Shown here in pieces: positions 62,219 to 64,000 of a DNA stretch of 64,000 nucleotides. Source of the stretch: Neovahlkampfia damariscottae (Eukaryota); assembly GCA_016618085.1 (NCBI GenBank), contig JABLTG010000012.1:62001-126000 (forward strand), given 5' to 3'. The translations under genes were made by a program, and so were the position numbers. The notes under the pieces were generated by a model. The model was given only the letters and a program-made list of their open reading frames with translations. It ran no database searches and was not told where the DNA came from. Each line of letters starts with the position of its first letter. Position 1 is the stretch's first letter.

Positions 62219-62701
62219 TTATTCGAAAGTTCTCTGAAAAATATTCTCAAAACAAAATTTCATTTTTTTGTTGTCACATTTCTTAACATCTTCTGCAATT
62301 TTACAATTCTCTAAACATGAAACAAATGTATCAATTTCATTTCTACAATCATTTCTATTCATTTTTGAATTTACTTTTTTCACTCGTTTTTCATACATCA
62401 TATCAAAATACTTCTTTTCAATAGGAAATATAAACATTGGTTTATCAATTGTTCTTCTGTGAAATAATCGAGTTGAACAATGAAAATAATCATTAAATTC
62501 ATTTTCACAATATTTTTTTCCATTCTTTTCCCAACATTGATCCAATAATTTTTTTACTTTCAAACAGTGAATCATTTCTTTTCTCATTATTAAATTTTCT
62601 TTTTCAATAAATTCTTTAAGCTCAGGTTCTATTAATTTTTTCCAATCCTCTGAACTATCCTTCCACGTCAGATATTTACCTTCTTTCTTTTCTTCACTCA
62701 T
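62219..62701 (-). CDS. Twin CX9C (CHCH-type) protein, probably mitochondrial intermembrane space
   Basis: CLKVKKLLDQC, CENEFNDYFHC, CRNEIDTFVSC. Confidence 0.6.
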   Translation of the reverse strand: MSEEKKEGKYLTWKDSSEDWKKLIEPELKEFIEKENLIMRKEMIHCLKVKKLLDQCWEKNGKKYCENEFNDYFHCSTRLFHRRTIDKPMFIFPIEKKYFDMMYEKRVKKVNSKMNRNDCRNEIDTFVSCLENCKIAEDVKKCDNKKMKFCFENIFQRTFE

Positions 62702-62789
62702 CCTCTTCAAAATTTATTGGGTTGTGATAAGAAATTGATTGGTTGAAAATTATTTTATTATTAAATATTTTGTGTCTGCGTTTACCGAG

Positions 62790-64000
62790 TTATTCTTTAA
62801 AATTTGGTAAAAATTTAACATTTTGATAAATCAATTCACCAATATTATGTGAATAGGTTGACAAAACTTCATTATCATAACAAGATTCTTTTGCAATGAA
62901 TTGCAATGAGTACTGATAGACAACATAGTTTTCATCTTCAGGTTTCAATGATTCAACTAATTTTGTAATAGAATCTTTCATTGCCATTGCTTCATTTTCA
63001 TTAATTTGTTGATTTGTTGACCAAGAATAGAATTTCACAACTAAAAATGTACCTAACAATTTACAAAAGATTTGGAATTCTTTGGAGTGATTGGTTGAGA
63101 AATAACCCCATAATTTCCCAATAAAACCTTCTCTTTCACCTGATTTGTCTAAACATAAATTGATGAAATTGATAATTCCGACATACTAAAAGTTTAAATG
63201 AAATGGAATCATAACTTACTTCATGTTTTTGTGTATAATTCAACTTTGAAAAAATATGCATGTATAACATCCAAAGGGGCAGAACAACTGACTCTTCATC
63301 ATGTTTGATGTTCAATTTAAGTAAATTTGAAGCGATTTCAGATTCCAATTTCTCCAAAGGTACTTTTTCATCATACAATTGTTTACTTTTTGCGTGATAT
63401 TAGAAAAATGAAATAATTTACTAATAAGCATAAAGAACTAATCCATGACCGTTTTCTAAACAACTTTGTAAAAAGTCTTTTATTGATGTTTCTGGTGAGA
63501 CGAATTCCTTAAACACAATATCCCAATCTTTTGATTCTTTGAAATGAGAGAACATGATCAATTCAACAACTGAAGCTAATTTATCAACTGAAGGAATACT
63601 AAAAAAAAGGTAAAAAAAAACAAATATCAAATCTTACACATATTGAGATGAATTCATCAAAGGTACAAATAGTTTAGGATTTTGTGATATCAAATCTTGT
63701 AATTTTGTTATCATTTTTTCAAAAATGGATGATGAAAAATTGTAAATTTTGAAGATTTCCTTTAATATTAAAGTGGAAATCTTTTCATTTTTTTGACATT
63801 TTAAAAACATTGATAAAATCTTATCAAAATAGCTCAAATACTTTTTTTCACTTTCTTGAATTGGAGTTACAGATTGTCTTTTTTGTATTTGTTTATTCAT
63901 TTCTGACATTGAAATAACATTGAATACCAATTGAATAAAATACAAAACCTTTTCAAGATTTGATTCAGTTATTACTTTTGGTAACATATCAAAGATTGAT
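62790..64000 (-). CDS. EPG5: EPG5-like autophagy tether, C-terminal part (5' end beyond the window)
   Basis: WDIVFKEFVSPETSIKDFLQSCLENGHGLVLYAY and EFQIFCKLLGTFL resemble EPG5 C-terminal blocks. Confidence 0.6.

Noticed and set aside
10629..63423. Possible stop-codon reassignment (TAG after conserved exons at 10629 and 63421)
   Set aside because: In both cases the G begins a GT donor (TA|GT); the standard code fits every gene I examined
1..64000. CRISPR array, rRNA, or non-canonical introns
   Set aside because: No repeat-spacer array or rRNA seen; every intron I reconstructed was GT-AG, though not all were checked

Overview
A very AT-rich, extremely gene-dense eukaryotic (protist) nuclear segment. 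It holds about 40 protein genes broken by tiny GT-AG introns of roughly 29-40 nt, plus one tRNA-Glu(TTC). Gene content (7TM-RGS family, DUF4116, BTB proteins, Fanzor2) suggests a heterolobosean amoeba such as Naegleria or Neovahlkampfia; this is inference. Housekeeping genes include Nup188, a small Tim, mitochondrial TyrRS and IleRS, Get3, a BK-type K+ channel, WASP, ceramide synthase, acyl-CoA oxidase, ROK fructokinase, prolidase, homocysteine S-methyltransferase and EPG5. An accessory island at about 29-38.5 kb contains three tandem intronless genes, an internally deleted Fanzor2 (eukaryotic TnpB) relic that keeps its candidate omegaRNA/right end, a decayed piggyBac-like relic and a bacterial-type DUF6935 gene. 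Most notable: (1) five intronless proteins of four different architectures (LRR, WD40-like, DUF4116, two HMG-like paralogs) all end in the same [DE]-[ILV]-[KN]-F-x-F-x-stop tail, which resembles the first strand of a BTB domain; (2) the Fanzor relic; (3) a CCAAT motif very close to many start codons. All family assignments come from motifs recognised by eye, not from database searches.
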